Below, in pieces: positions 1 to 13,889 of a stretch of DNA of 64,000 nt (position 1 is the stretch's first letter; each line of letters begins with the position of its first letter). Both the position numbers and the translations under genes were made by a program. The notes beneath the pieces were generated by a model. That model had not been told where the DNA came from and did no database searches. It saw nothing but the letters and a program-made list of their open reading frames with translations. Source of the stretch: the human T2T-CHM13v2.0 reference genome, Homo sapiens; assembly GCF_009914755.1 (NCBI RefSeq), contig NC_060925.1, one strand, 5' to 3'.

Positions 1-39
1 CAGACAGACTCCTGATTATCCATCAAATCTTGAATCCTG

Positions 40-272
40 TTCTCCTCTGGGAAGCCCTCCCTGACTTCCCAAGTTGACTTAAGCACTCTCTTTTTCCCCC
101 ACTGTGTCTTGCGCTTGCAGGTTTGTGTGTGCCACATTGCCTCATCTACTAATTTATAAACTCTTTGGGCAACCTGTTGTTTCATACTCCCACTGCAGCA
201 GCCTGCAGAGTGCTTTACATATGGAGGACCCTTAACACATGCGTATTTAGTGAATGAGTGAATGAATGAATG
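40..272 (+). mobile_element. L2 LINE 3' end fragment
   Basis: ctcctctgggaagccctccctgac motif and (GAAT)n tail at about 250-272. Confidence 0.65.
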
Positions 273-926
273 GCATTCCCTCCATGAGGAACGGATATTA
301 CAACTGAGAGAGAGAGTAACCTCTCATTCAAAGGCAATTGTCCCTATACAATAGTTATACTTGGCTTATTTCTGCAGGAGCAAAAGTTTGGGTTCTTCTA
401 GATGTTTGGAAATCTGTCTCCTTTTTGCCCTCATCACATTACCAAGTTTCGGCCAAGAGCAAGCTTTGTTCCTTGGTTTAGCACAACTATTTGATTACCA
501 ATATTGGATTATTTGGCAGATGTTGAACTGGCTTAAATTGCTCATCTGGGCCAGATATTGAATTGGTTTAAACTGCTCATTTCAATTGCAGAGCCAGGCC
601 AAAATGAGGATTTTGAATTTCTTTTCTTTTTAAATGGAAGAATTTATTGAGCCAGTCTTGCAAAAAGGGCCTTTGGTTCATGCCCTAGAACAACACATAG
701 TTTGTTCCAGTAAACAATAAAACATGCCAATAACATTTCTCACCATTATCAGTGTTCTAGAAGACAGGATAAAGGCTGCGATCTAAAGCCTGCGACTTTA
801 GATAATGTGATTTGGGGGGAACATTTATTTATAAGTAGTATATATACTAAATGTAGCATGATGGATAAAGAAATATACTTATTGGCAATAGTCCATTGCG
901 TTTGTAAACTTTTGATTTATGAAGCA

Positions 927-1347
927 TGATATGGTTTGGATCTGTGTCCTCACCCAAATCTCATGCAAATTGTAATCCCCAGTGTTGGAGGGGTCCCTAG
1001 TGGGAGGGGATTGTATCATGGTGGTGGATTTCTCATGAATGGTTTCGCATCATCCCCTTGGTGCTGTTCTCATGATAGTGCATGAGTTCCCTTCAGATCT
1101 GGTTGTTTAATAGTGTGTTGCACCACCCCACTCTCTCTCTTGCTTCTGCTCCGGCCATGTGAAGTGCCTGCTTCCCCATCACCTTTTGCCATGATCGTAA
1201 GTTTCCTGAGGCCTCCCCAGAAGCCGAGCAGACACCATCATGCTTCCTACACAGCCTGCAGAACCTTGAGCCAATTAAAACTCTGTCTTCTATAAACTGT
1301 TCAGTTTCAGGTATTCCTTTATAGCAATGCGAGAATGGACTAATACA
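927..1347 (+). mobile_element. MST-type (MSTA/B, ERVL-MaLR) solo LTR
   Basis: Starts TGATATGGTTTGG and ends GGACTAATACA; 5-bp TSD aagca/aaaca. Confidence 0.9.
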
Positions 1348-2134
1348 AAACACATCTATGTTCATTATAGAATTTGCTCCTTATAGCAACTTTGTAGTGA
1401 AGTTAGGACAGGTATGTGTTCCCTCATTTTGCACAGCAAACAGCTGAGGCTCAGTGTATTATAAACTCAAGAATAGATATTTATCTTACACTTAGTTCTT
1501 AAGGCAACTTTATACATAATATTATTCTATTTGTCAGATGAGACAGTTGAGGCTCACAAGACTACCTAACATTCTGAGCTACACAGTTAAATGAGAGATG
1601 CGTGACTTAAGCCCATGCTTTGTGCACACTTATCACTGTGTTATAAAGAATGGCCTACCTATTTAAACATGATCCACTCTGCTCTTTAATTTGACCCTAA
1701 AAATGTGAGCAAGTAACAAATTTTGAAAAAGGAAAGTCTTTAATATTTATTGACGACCCACTTTACTAGTTCATGGGGTTAGACAGTGACTATGAGAGAG
1801 AAGTGGACTTCTGGGAATTTGTATTCTAGTAAAGAAAATAGACAAGTAAATAAACAGTTACGGTTACTTGTGCCGTGTATGGAAGGCTTTGGAAAAACAT
1901 AAAATGGGCCTAAAATTGAGACTTAAACAATTATTAAAGGATTCCTAGAGGGAGTGATGTCCAGTAATCTAATTACGACACTGCTTTCCCTGTTATTGCT
2001 TCCTGGTAAAGTGGAATTTATATATTTTTTGCGACTTTTAAACTTCAACTAGGCTTCATTTCTAATAATAAAATAATAACATTGTTAATTAGAACAAATA
2101 CAACCACCACTCTGACTGGTACTACTATGATGAC

Positions 2135-2345
2135 CATTTCTTACATGTGTCCTATGTGCCAAGTACTCTACCTGATACTGCTCAGACTTTATATCTTGCT
2201 CCTCACGATAAGCCTACAAGGTAGAGGTTGTTTCCCCATTCTGCATGAGGGAATTGAAGGCAGAAAGAATAATGTTTCCACAATCACATAACTAATCTCA
2301 TAGCAAGATTTGAAATTGAGTCTGCCTCCAAGGTTCATATATCTT
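2135..2345 (-). mobile_element. MIR SINE
   Basis: Degenerate MIR core (tatgtgccaag...ccccattctgcatgaggg). Confidence 0.6.
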
Positions 2346-2355
2346 TTCTCTAGGC

Positions 2356-2582
2356 CAGTGGTTCTCAACCAGGGGTGATTTGACCCCTCAGGGGACATTT
2401 GGCAATGTCTGGGGACAGTTTTGTTTATTGCTTCTGGGGAAAGGGAAATGGCACTGGCCTGTGGTGGGTAGAGGCCAGGGATGCTGCCAAACACCTTACA
2501 ATGCCCAGGCCAACCCCCTGCAACAAAGAATTATCCAGCTTCAAATGTCAAATGTCAGTAGCACTGAAGGTGAGAAACCCTA
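2356..2582. mobile_element. MER20 (hAT-Charlie) DNA transposon
   Basis: Termini CAGTGGTTCTCAACC...GGTGAGAAACCCT; internal ggggacatttggcaatgtctgg is typical of MER20. Confidence 0.9.
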
Positions 2583-4059
2583 TTCTCTCCTGGAACACCT
2601 CCAGTGATATTATTTCTCTTCATCAATTCAGCTTATTTCTATAGAAGCCAAAAAGCAGCCCACAATAAGGGTTTTGCTGATACATTAGTACTTTGTTGAA
2701 ATGTGTTTTGTGAAATTGACTCTTCAGTAAAAGTAGTTGTGAGATTAAGAAAATAATAGAAGTGAAGCCTGAGGAGTAGGGAGGACAGGATGGTTTCTAG
2801 CTCATCTATTTCAGAGTCAAGCCACACGGGACAACTTGGCCGTCTTTCAGCACATCATGCACATTCCACCTCCTTTCCTTTGTTACTCATCCATCAGCAC
2901 TCAGTCTAAATGTTACTTTGTGGAAACATCTCCAAATTTAATCCATTCTTAGAAAAGCACCAATCACTCTCTATGCTGTATCTGTGAAATACTTTACAAC
3001 TATTTCAGTTTTTTCACCAAATCATGTTCACGTTTGTATGCCCATCATCCAGCATGAAATCCACATAGCTGGTCTTCACTAAATCAATGTAATTATTTAA
3101 TTACTATTATTAGTAATTAAGATAATAAATATAAGAGGGTTTTGAAAAATCCAGAATAAGAATTGGTAAATATAGGTGAGGGAGACTTTAAGAAAATATA
3201 GATTCCCATGCCCTACCCTGCTGAGGATGCCTGGAATCTTGTTCTAAGTGTGGAAAATGTCACCTGGTACCCAGAGGAGACAGCCTGGGGGGATGAGTTG
3301 GCACTGAGGACACTGGGGTCAGAAGCAGTATTGATGTGTTTCTGCCAAGTAGGCAGATCAGACCAGAGCAGAACCGTGCTGCGCAGGAGCCAGGCCAGGC
3401 GCTGGCCAAAAGCTGGGGGCAGGAGGGAGCTTGTCCAAAATGAGAGAGAATATGGATCCAAAGAGGCAGACGGTCTGCAAGAAATTGGGGGTGGGGGGGG
3501 GATTAGAAATGCAGATAAAGTCATGCCGTGGAATCTGGAAGGAGAAAACCGTGCCAGTCCCTGAGCAGATAGAGCAAGGACAACTCTGGGAGTTCCTGGA
3601 TGTGAATCACAGAGGGCAGAGGAAGAACGTATTCATGGGATTGCAAGTTTATTGTTTTAAGTTGAGGTTCGGTTTAATGCGACCCACTACTGCCTGAGAC
3701 CTCGGCAGTTCATGAGCCGTGGCAACAGCTCATGTGATGGAGGGAGGGGCAGAGAGCATACGTGGGGGGAAGGATAACTGAGTTTCCTGTTCCCAGGCTC
3801 CAAGGCTTTCTTGGAGTGCTGTGATTCTCTGGACTGCAGAAGGCTGGCCTTAGCTGAGAGACCAGACTTTGACTCTGTGGAAGAAAACCGAGAGAATCCA
3901 GGGCCTGGTGCTATTGCCAGCTCCCCATGTGTCCCCAGTTTTTAAATCTTGTGCCACACGTCAGTGTATATGGCTGTGAACCTGCCATGAAACCATAATA
4001 TTTTGAGTTTAATACATACACTCCTGTTTGGATAATGAGTAATCATAGGCTTTAGAACT

Positions 4060-4235
4060 AAAAGGCTGCTCAAAGATTCTGTATACCAAATTCTTCAATT
4101 TGCAGATGAGAAAACTGAGGCCCAGACAATGGTGAATCATCCAAAGTTACCCCAGCATATTACTTTCAGAGTCAAATTTAGAATCTGAGTGACCTAGTTC
4201 ATCAGCCAGGGTCCCCGCCCCATTGTACTACACTG
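4060..4235 (-). mobile_element. MIR SINE
   Basis: ttgcagatgagaaaactgaggcccaga core. Confidence 0.7.
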
Positions 4236-6307
4236 TCTCCAGATTAGGAAAAGGGAATGACTCCTGATTTGTTATTCCATTTTATACCTTATATCCCATT
4301 TAATGGCCACAGGCAGCTTCACTGGTGGTTATTAAATAGGTAATTTAGTTTTCCTGAGCCACACTTGAGTAAATCTCTTTGTTTTGTTGTCACAATCTAC
4401 AAAAAGCTCCAAAGAATCTCCTCCAGAGCTGGAAATAATAAAAACACCTGCTATTCGAGTTCCTTCCAAAGAGCTCAAAGCAGTTATTTTTATTTCACCT
4501 ACCAATCGTTGAATACCTATGCTGTGCCAAGTGTTTTGCTAGGTACTTGACTATTCACTATTGTGAGCTCACAACCACACTGTGAGCTACAATTATTTTT
4601 GGACTTTAACATACAAGGATGAAGGTTTAAGAACCTGCCAAAGGTTACATTTTAATAAATTATAAAGTTGGGTTCCTGGACCCACCGATTGCAGAGCCTA
4701 TGAGCTCTCCCGTGTTGACCTGGCTAGTGAATCTATTTGTGTGTAGGTATGTTTGTGCCTTTACTTACGTTAGCCCATACTTACACCAATGCATATTTGT
4801 ATCTATAGTGGAAGATAGAGCTTCTGCTTAATATCCTTCTGGACGTTTGTAGATCTATTTTATGGATGAGAAAGTTGAGGCCCAGGGTGGAGAAGTGACT
4901 CTAATAAAGTGTATTTAAAGCAGCACAGGAGTCTGGGTTCCATCAATCATGGGGAATAAGGCCAGGCTTATTAGATCAGGGTAGGAATGGGATGCGTAGC
5001 TATTGGGGTTGTGTGGTGGAGAGATAAACAATATTAATGTTGACGTTAATTTTGTTTACTAAATTTGTTAATTAATGCTTACAATCTCAATCTCAAAGAT
5101 TAATCTTAATCTTTTTGTAGTGACTTGCTGTTTTTAAACTACCCTTGGAATAGGGAAGGTATTTTTACCTCCCACGAATGGTTGGGAAAACTGACCTTCG
5201 AGGAGGTGAAGGGATTTGCCTAAGGTTACAGGACCAGGAAGACTGGATCCAAGACTCAAACCCTTATTTGTGTGCCTCTGTCTTCACATCAGCTTTAGTG
5301 CAACCCTTGCATCAAACAATGGAAAAGTAGTACCTAGTAAATGGAGCAAGGTGTCTTATTCTGTGCCCAGAGCCTCTCATTTTAAACAAGCTCTGATCAT
5401 CTCATCTACTACAGAACTGTATCTGGTATTCTGGGGCCATTTTTAAACAGAAGGTTTCACTTATTCTCTCCTGTATTAGTATATGGCCGAGAAAATTAGC
5501 TGAGCTGTTATTTTCCTTTGCTGAACTGGGGAACAAAAACAAAAAAACACACAGTAATCCAGCCACTGGTTCTGACACTGCCAAGCACCTGTTAGGAGGA
5601 CTTCCTACTCCAAGTTCAAAAGGTACGGACTGCTAGAAAAGTGTGTGTTTGGGGGCCCAGAGTCTAAGATTGCACTTGCGTCACTGGCTGCAAGAGTAGG
5701 ATCAGGTCCACTGTTTTTCATGGCACAAAAACTCAACAGATAGTGCTTCACATCCATATACTGTTTCTAAGCACTAATGTTTACTTTGGGTCTTGCACAT
5801 CAGCAGCTGATGGTGGGAAAATACACATCTCTAGTTATTGCCCCAAGGCGGCAGCCTCACATCTAAACTGCTGGCTTCTTCCTTATTATCTCTCCACAGG
5901 CCTGGTTCATTTCCTTGTTTTCAGTTTTCTCTTAGCTGTGCATTCATATCAGTCATTGTAAAGAGCAAAGAGAAATAATTTTAAAAATTTTCCATATGGG
6001 CATCTTGAGCATTGCCTCAGTACACTCTGTAGCTAGTATAGATATCTGGGGAAACTAAGAAGGAAAATTTCTTTGAATATAGAAAAATCATACTAGTCTC
6101 CAGTTATATCATTCAACAGCAGTCCCCCCAGCCCACCTTTCCATACCTCTAATCTGTATCTGTGCTTTGTACTATGACTCTGATGTAAGAGTTTGGCTCT
6201 CTGAAGATGGTAAAAATTTAAATGCTTGAGGTAAACACAGTAAGATAGTTAAAAACACACTACTGGTTCCATCAGCTGTCTCTTTGCCCTTGGAAGTCAT
6301 CTGACAC

Positions 6308-7892
6308 TGATGGCAGCAGTGACCCATCTGGAGCAGCCACTGCGAAGATGCTGGCTGCAGTAGAGGAATGCACTCTGCAGAGCTGGCTGGGGCCAGAACA
6401 GGTGGGAGCCCTGTCCCCTACCAAGTTGGCAGGGTGGGAGCCCCATGCTCCCAGGCACATCTGCAGCCGCCCAGCTGCGGCTCTGGACCTGGGCATCCCT
6501 ACGCTCTCAGGGGCCCAGGAAGCCCCCCTTCCTTTGCAGACTTGGAAATGCTTGCTCCTACTCCCTGGCCTCTTCCCATTGCTGGTGCCTGCTCTGGAGT
6601 GGGGCAGAGTTGTGGCTGAGCCCAGTGCTGTCACAATCCAGCCAGGTGTACATGCACTTGAGGTGGTGCTGACACGCTAGCCTCCTGCCACCTTGGCCCT
6701 CTCTGGACCTTGGGCGCCAACGAGCATGGCAGGAGCTGAGGGCAGCTCGGCTCAGGCCTGCAGGTGCCTCAGTAGGAACAGACTGGGTGGCGGGTTGATG
6801 GCAGGAGGAAGCAGACAGGCTCCTGGGCAGAAAGGAGCGGGTCCCTGGCGAAACCCCACCTTCAAGCCAGGGACAGTCCGAAGCCTGGTGGCTGGACTGC
6901 CAGTTCCAAGTGGAGTCTGTGGCCCAGAGTGAGAACTTGTGTTGCTTTTTCTGGGTCCACCCATGGCTACCCATGGACCAATCAGTACTCATTTCCTCCC
7001 TTCTGAGCCCGTAAAAATCCCTGGACCCAGTCAGACACGGACAGACTCAGGACTACCAGCTGCAGGAAGGAGCTACCCACTTTGGGTTTCTCCACCCATT
7101 GGGATGACCTGCCTGCAGAAAGGAGCTACCCACTTCGGGTCTCCTCTCCACTGAGAGCTGGACACTCATCTAGACGACCTGCCTGCAGAAAAGAGCTACC
7201 CACTTTGGGTCTTCTGAGAGCTATTCTGTCACTCAATGAAGCTTCTCTCCACCTTGCTCACCCTGCAGTTGTCTGTGTATCTCATTCTTCCAGGTTGTAG
7301 GATAAGAACTCAGGACCCACTGAATGGCAGGACTGAAAGAGCTGTAATACAAACAAGGCTGGAAACACATCCCTCCGGCTCACTCGCTACTTTGTGGGCA
7401 ATGAGGAGAGAAGAGCTGTGGCCCTTCATGGAGCCCAGACCTAGGGGCTCCCCAAGCCAGGGGTGTGACACTGTCTTTAAGGCTTTGAGGTTCATGGCAT
7501 CTCCAAGCCTCCAGGTGCCCGTGTTCCCCTCATCCAGATGCGGGTGCCCATAGCAGAAGCCCCATGCAGCACATCAGATCCAGCTGCAGCCTTGCGTGGA
7601 GCTGGCACCTGTGCCAGCACCTGTAGCTGCCTCCCCTGCCACAGCAGCTTGCTTGTCTGGTTGTGTGCAGTGGCCGGACTCTGCACTTGCTCACCCACAC
7701 ACCCCTCACTGCTCCACGCCTGGGTCACCCTTGGTAGGTGTGGGATCCAGGATGGTGGCGTGAGCTGAGCCCAGCCTGCTGGGCCAAGTGGGTGGAATGA
7801 GCCCAGCAGGCACGAGCAATACTCAGGCAGAAGATGCCACCAGCCACAGAGGTTTCCGGCTGGCAAAGTGACACCCCGAGGATCCCATGACA
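6308..7892 (+). mobile_element. MER52-family (ERV1) solo LTR, inserted into a MIR
   Basis: Starts TGATGGCAGCAGTG...CATCTGGAGCAGCC and ends GGATCCCATGACA; GC-rich; internal ctgcagaaaggagctacccac repeats. Confidence 0.88.
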
Positions 7893-8030
7893 GTACTTCA
7901 TGCCTCAGTTCCCCCATCTGAGAAATGGGAATAATAGTACCTCTTGCATAGATTTGAGTAATAAATGAGCTTTTATTTGTAAAGCACTTAGAATAATGTC
8001 TGGCCATACTCTGTGTGTGTTTAGCTATGA
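7893..8030 (+). mobile_element. MIR 3' half (5' half at about 6262-6307)
   Basis: gcctcagttcccccatctgagaaatggg...gtaaagcacttag continues the MIR interrupted by MER52. Confidence 0.75.
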
Positions 8031-8242
8031 TTAATGTGATTGCAGTAAAGTTACATTATGAATAGTAGCAGTGAGCAAGAGAAAATCAAAGATTTATTAC
8101 TTGATTTACAGGTAGATGACGTCTTCCTTCTGTGTGTCAGGCATTGTTATAGGTATGTTAGATACAGTGGTAAACAAAGCCAAGCTCCTTCTCTTATAGA
8201 GCTTCTATCCTACTGGGGACGTTCATAAACTCCCATTTAAAC

Positions 8243-8650
8243 ATATGTATTTATAGGTATATGTAAGTATACATATATGTATTGTATGTGTGCATAACTG
8301 TGTGTCTCTGTATATGTGCATATTTATAAGTGTCTTCATACACATGTGTTTATGCATGGATCTGGTATTTATACATGTATGTGTATTACATGTGTATATC
8401 TGTATGTAGTTGTGCATGCATATGCATCCATGCCTGTGTCTGAATGCGTGTGTGTATGTGTATATACTGTGCATGCACATGTTTGCATGCCCCTATTTGT
8501 ATGTCTGTTTATGTGTACATTTATGTGTGTGTCTGATTTGTGATGTGTTTATGTGTATGTGTGTATATTCTAATGTTCATGAGTGTATATGCATGTGTCC
8601 GTATATATGTATGTGTATATGTGAGTGGATATGCATGCATGTGTTTGCAT
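8243..8650. repeat. Degenerate (TG/TA/TATG)n low-complexity tract
   Basis: About 400 bp of alternating purine-pyrimidine repeats. Confidence 0.9.
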
Positions 8651-9239
8651 AGGGTACTGCTGAGTGTTATGAAGAATAGTCCTGATTAAAGTGATGGAAA
8701 GTTCCAGGAGGTGCTACTGGTATACAGAGGTCAGGAAAGTTCAGTCTAGAATGGGGACATTTGAGGAAACATACCTTAATGAAGAGAGGAAATATTTCAT
8801 TGTGTAAAAAGCAAGGCAGAGATTTTTTCAATCAGCAAATATATGTTGAGCACATACTTTGCCTCAAGCATGTGCTGGGCACTGGGAATACCAGGATGAA
8901 GATGACCCAGTCCCTTCTCTAGATGACTCAGCAGCTGGTGGAAATGGGAGATCTGTATTCAGAAAAATCCTAATACAACTTGCATACTGCTTTTCCAGGC
9001 GGTGTAAAAATGTTACAAGAGTATAGGGAATGGATCAGCCAGCTCTTCCAGGACAAGTTAGGAGGTGAAAACTCCTAGAAAGTGAAAACTTGGATAAGCC
9101 TTTTAAGAAGCAGTAGTAGAATGTGCAGAGGCTCAGGGACGTTAAAATGCCCTTCATAATCAAGGAACATTTTGGTGTGGCCACCTCGCCATTCAAATGT
9201 GCGAGAGGGGCAGCGAGAGGCAGCCGGGAAGACGGAGCC

Positions 9240-9430
9240 TGTGTAGCACACTCTGACTGGAATCAGACTGCCTGGGTTCAAACCCCTGTTTTGCCACTTG
9301 TTAGTAAAGAGCTTACCTGCTCTGTGCCTCAGATTTCCCTTCTGCAAATGGGGATGGGAATAGTGCCTCACAGGGTTATTTTAGAGATGCCTTCTCCTGA
9401 CACATTGTAAGCACTCAACAAGTGTTAGCT
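9240..9430 (+). mobile_element. MIR SINE
   Basis: ggaatcagactgcctgggttcaaacc...tgtgcctcagatttccc...gtaagcactcaacaa. Confidence 0.8.
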
Positions 9431-10381
9431 ACTCCCAGTTGGAAGCTAGAATGTAAAAGGCCTTAAATTCCCAGCCAAAGAGATTGAATGCTAAAATTAA
9501 TTTCAAGCAAACCTATCTGTTCAAATAGCTTTCTCAGCACTGATTTTGATGTGAAAAATATCTGGAATATTCTTCGTTATCAAGCATGTGCCTTGGTAGT
9601 GTAATTACAGTTTTTAATACTAATGGATGATCTTCCATTAAAGTAGTAAAAAGATACCATCTCATTTTAAGCTTAGAGCAAAAGCTTACTTAAGTGAAAT
9701 TAAGCAGATATTTATTTTGTCAGGCTCTGGGGAGGATTCCGAAATTATTTGCTCCCTACTAGTGCCTAGCACTTTATCTTTGCAACCGCACTTACCCTGT
9801 AGAGTCATAGTTGCACAGGAAACTGTATTCCTGCATCTCTACCTTCAGTGTTTCACGATCACTGTTTCTCATCTGCCAGGCCTGAGGGTGGGCAGTGCTG
9901 ATTTCACTGTCTCATACCCACTCTTCTTTCTGCCAGTGTCTTTTGTGAGAGCAATTTTATCTCTGCCCCTTTCTCTTCACCCCATTGTCTCTTCTCCAGT
10001 CTTCAAACCCAAACAAAAAACATACAAAGTTTGCTCATATTCACTGCAGTCTGAGCTGCTGAATGTTCTTCCAGAGCCCCTTAGGATTTCTGCACCCATA
10101 CTTGTAAATGTTTGCATCTTCATTTTGTTGGTGGTGATGACAAATTACCCCACATAACTTGCCTCTGTTCCTGTTTTAGTTAGAAATTACTGTTTACTGG
10201 AGACAGAATGGAAAATGTATGAAGGGGCAACATGAGAAAATAGGTTATTTTGATTACTTCCAATCATCCATCGTTAATCGAATTCATAATATAGATAACC
10301 AAATAAAAAGATTATTTCAATTTAAACTTAGAATGACTTATAGGTTTTTTTAATCTGATTTCCATTCTTATTACTTCTTGC

Positions 10382-10505
10382 AGCAGTTTTCAAACTTGAG
10401 TCTGCATAGGCATTCATGGAGCTAGTTAAAATGCGGATGGCTGGGTCCCCACCACCACAACTCATTCTGATCAGTGGCTTTAACTGGGGCCTAAATATCT
10501 GCACT
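10382..10505. mobile_element. MER5-like (hAT-Charlie) fragment
   Basis: cagcagttttcaaacttgag...gttaaaatgcggatggctgggtcccc. Confidence 0.6.
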
Positions 10506-12819
10506 GTATCCAGCCCACACATGAGCCTGATGAACTTCACCAGTGGTACCTTAAAAGATAGCAAGAGGGGCAGACTAATTAGACTCAACGTTGTTTACCA
10601 TCAAAAACTGTCTGTACATAATCCAGAAAGAGCAAAGTTGAATCCAGGCTAATTGAAAGACTGCATTTTAAATTTTTTGTTTCAAAAGTAGAGCAATAAA
10701 GAGTTTTTCCAATGTGTTATACTTCCCATGAGCTGGATACTACCTGTTTACCTAGATGCCACTTAATGTGGACAGCAACTTTTATGGCTGTGCACATTCT
10801 CACCACCCCCATTTAAAGAGAGGAAGGAGACTCGCTTAGACTCAGGCAGCTAGTGTGGTTGAACAGAGAGAACCTTGGTCTGTCTGGCCCCAGCTTGCTC
10901 TCTTTTACCATTATATAGCTTCACCCAAGCCAGCGTTAACAGCTGTAGATGATTTTCTTCTAATGTTCTAAAACCTGAAGACATGGGGCATCTTTTAACC
11001 AAATGCTCAGCTCTAGGGAAAGCTAAGCCTCTTCTATTTTGTTGAAAGATAAAGTGTTAGGCTGTCGATCTGTATTGTTACAGGTCCCTGGGCTGGATTT
11101 AGCCTCAGGAGTTAAAAGTATATCAGCCTTGTGACTCACCACCATGAAACCCTCAGATGGGAGTCTCCTACCAGTATCAATAATATGAATGAAAACTTTA
11201 TATGCCTTCTGGATTGAGGCCTCTCACAGCTCAAAGTTGTAAAGAAAAACCCACGCAATTGGATTTTGTGAAATATATTAAATATGCCCAGTAATGTGGC
11301 TCTTCAAAGGAATTTATATACTGTCTGCTTTACTGTGGTGTATCATTATAGCTCAGCCAAATGCGTGGCCTAATAATTTGTTTCCCTTATGCATATCCAT
11401 CATTAAATGTAACATGCAGACAATAACTATTTAAACACCTAAATAGATGATTATATAGCTGTCTGTCCCACTTAGACTGTGAACTTTTTATGAACAATGG
11501 AATCTAGTCATCTTCATCTCTGTGTCTCTTAGCTCAGTAAATGAATGAATATATGCATGAATGAATACATGCGTGAATGAATGGGTTTGCTTAACATGCT
11601 AAGCACTAGACTAGTTACTGTGGCAAATACAGTGATACAAAGAAATAGAGGCAGATGGATTGAGTTCTACAGGAATTTTAAAAAGGGAAGAATCACTTTC
11701 AGTTGAAACAGTAAGGCAAAGAAAAGACAAAAATACTAATATTTATTGAGGGACCTTCCTGATAGAAATATGCTAGAGAGTCTACATGTATAATCTTCAC
11801 ATTGACTCCAGCAGCTTGCTCAAGGTCACACAGCTGGCAGTGAGAACCCCCTGAGGTTAGCTACCATGGTCCTTCTGGGAAGTGGGAAGGGATAGCCTTT
11901 GAATGAATCTGGGAGAATAGGTGTATTCTCCACTGGAAGCAATGAAACGTAGAGTATTCTGGATGGAGAGAATAACATAAATGGAGGCACTGAGATGAGG
12001 TCGTGGAATGGTAAGCATTTCAGTTTGGCTGAAATCTATGATATCTCTAAGGGATTCCTGGAAGAAGAGGATATAATGATCAAATAGGTGGAGATAGATT
12101 GGGAGTCTGTCCCATCTGAGTACCGTTTTGGAGTTTGTGCTTCCTCTTTCTCCCTGGAGGCATTGGCAAATCATTGAAGGTGATCTCAAGCCAGAGATTC
12201 ATTTTAAGCATGGCTTTATATACTTTTATACACAATAGTTGGGGGAAAAGGCAAAGAGGTTTCCTGAAATAGGTTTTGGCAGTGGGGCTTGAAAAGAAGA
12301 TAGGGAGTTTGACAACTTTTTAAAACAAATCCATGCATTAGGCACAAGTTATTTAAAATTTTTGATGTTCTTTATATTCTTCTAGCTCTTTCTATTTACA
12401 TAGCTATTACTAAATTAAATGTATAAAAGTATTTTTCCTTTTTAATTTGAAATAGATTTCATCTCATATTTGGCAGAAGATAATAATAACTTGTTAACTT
12501 CAAGGCAGTCAGGGTAATTCATCCAGTCTCAAACTGGGCATTCATTTAAATCTATTGTCTTAGATGGAGATATCTAGTATACTCACTCATTTAAAGTAGA
12601 GCCGTAAATCCTGAAGTTAAATAAGCAAAACAAAAGGCCTCCCAAAGCTGAGAAAACACTTGCCATAGAGTGCACATACTGTAGGAAAGTACAAGGATTA
12701 TTCTCCGGCTGTCACCCAGCACTGCTAACTTAGAATTATAGATAAAATATGCTGTAATTTTAATAATTAATAGCTGACTATGCAAAAATATTATTTTCTC
12801 CTAGCTTCAACCAACAGGT

Positions 12820-13430
12820 AACATATCTGCCTTTCATGTCAGGTACTGTGCTAGGTACTAAAGATATAAATATGAACAAATTATAGTCTCTGTCCTCAAA
12901 GAGCTCCCATTCTGATTGGACAAACAGGCAAGTAAGCCATCCGAGTATGATGTGGAAAGTGTCTGATAAAAGCATGTCTGGGCTATTACAGGAGTCTAAC
13001 CTCACTTTACCTGAGCAAGTTAGTAAAATTCCCTCCCCTTCCCCCAAAAATGATTGGTTTGACACTTAAAGATGAATTGGAGGGAGAAATAGGAATTTAT
13101 CAGATGGACAAGACGGCTAGGCAGGAAGGAGGGTGAGAAGGAGAGGGAAGCAGAGGGAGGTAGTATGCACCAAGATCCAGAAGCATGAGGGTACCCCTTT
13201 GGCTGCAGAATACCGAGTATACTATAGTGTAGAGTATGCTGAAATAGAAGTGTGAGAGATATATGTGGGGACAAAGTTTTTGAGGGCCTTGAACATCATT
13301 TAAAAGAGATTGGAATTTTTATCCTTAAGGTACTAGCTTGTAAACAGAAACTTTAGAGGCAGTGAGGTTAATGGACCAGAAGACGGGACTGTTGTAAGAG
13401 ACCTTGAAGGCCAGAACTGACGCAGTTCCA
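12820..13430 (-). mobile_element. L2 fragment
   Basis: caggtactgtgctaggtact...ctgtcctcaaagagctcccattct...gagggccttgaa. Confidence 0.65.
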
Positions 13431-13889
13431 AGGCAGTATCAATGGAACAAGAGGGGACATTAAAAAATTAAAAATAGGCTGATGAACAGTGATGGGGTCC
13501 TTTAATGCATGGGCTTAAAGTGCTACATATATAGCTCTCTGAAGCAAGAGTGCACTGGACAATGATGGCATGGCACTATTTAACAGAAGTAAGCAGAGTC
13601 TATGTGTCAGGAGGATTGAGTGTAAGTCTCAAATCTGCCCTTACCAGTTATGTAACTTCTACAAGTCACCTCTTTAAACCTCACTTTTTTATATAGGTGT
13701 GAAGATCAAGATTCATGCTTTTTCTTCTAATATATCCACTTTTATATGCCAAAATTTTCCTACTATTGAAGTGGTATTGTTGGAATAAATGTGATCACAA
13801 ATAGAATGTATTTAATTCATTAATTTATTCACTTGCCATTTATTGAATTTTTTTTTCTGGCAACAATGGGCTGTCCTCTTGGTCCCCCA

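Noticed and set aside
7058-7210. Regularly spaced ctgcagaaaggagctacccac repeats resembling a CRISPR-like array
   Set aside because: Internal repeats of the MER52 LTR; eukaryotic context with no cas genes.
6272-8007. Dense overlapping 60-170-aa ORFs on both strands
   Set aside because: They lie within or run across the GC-rich MER52 LTR, where stop codons are rare; no recognisable protein motif.
8223-8652. Cys/Met/Val/His-rich ORFs
   Set aside because: Translations of a (TG/TA)n low-complexity tract.
9717-10157. 146-aa hydrophobic ORF
   Set aside because: Non-ATG start, T-rich compositional bias, no motif and no convincing splice context.
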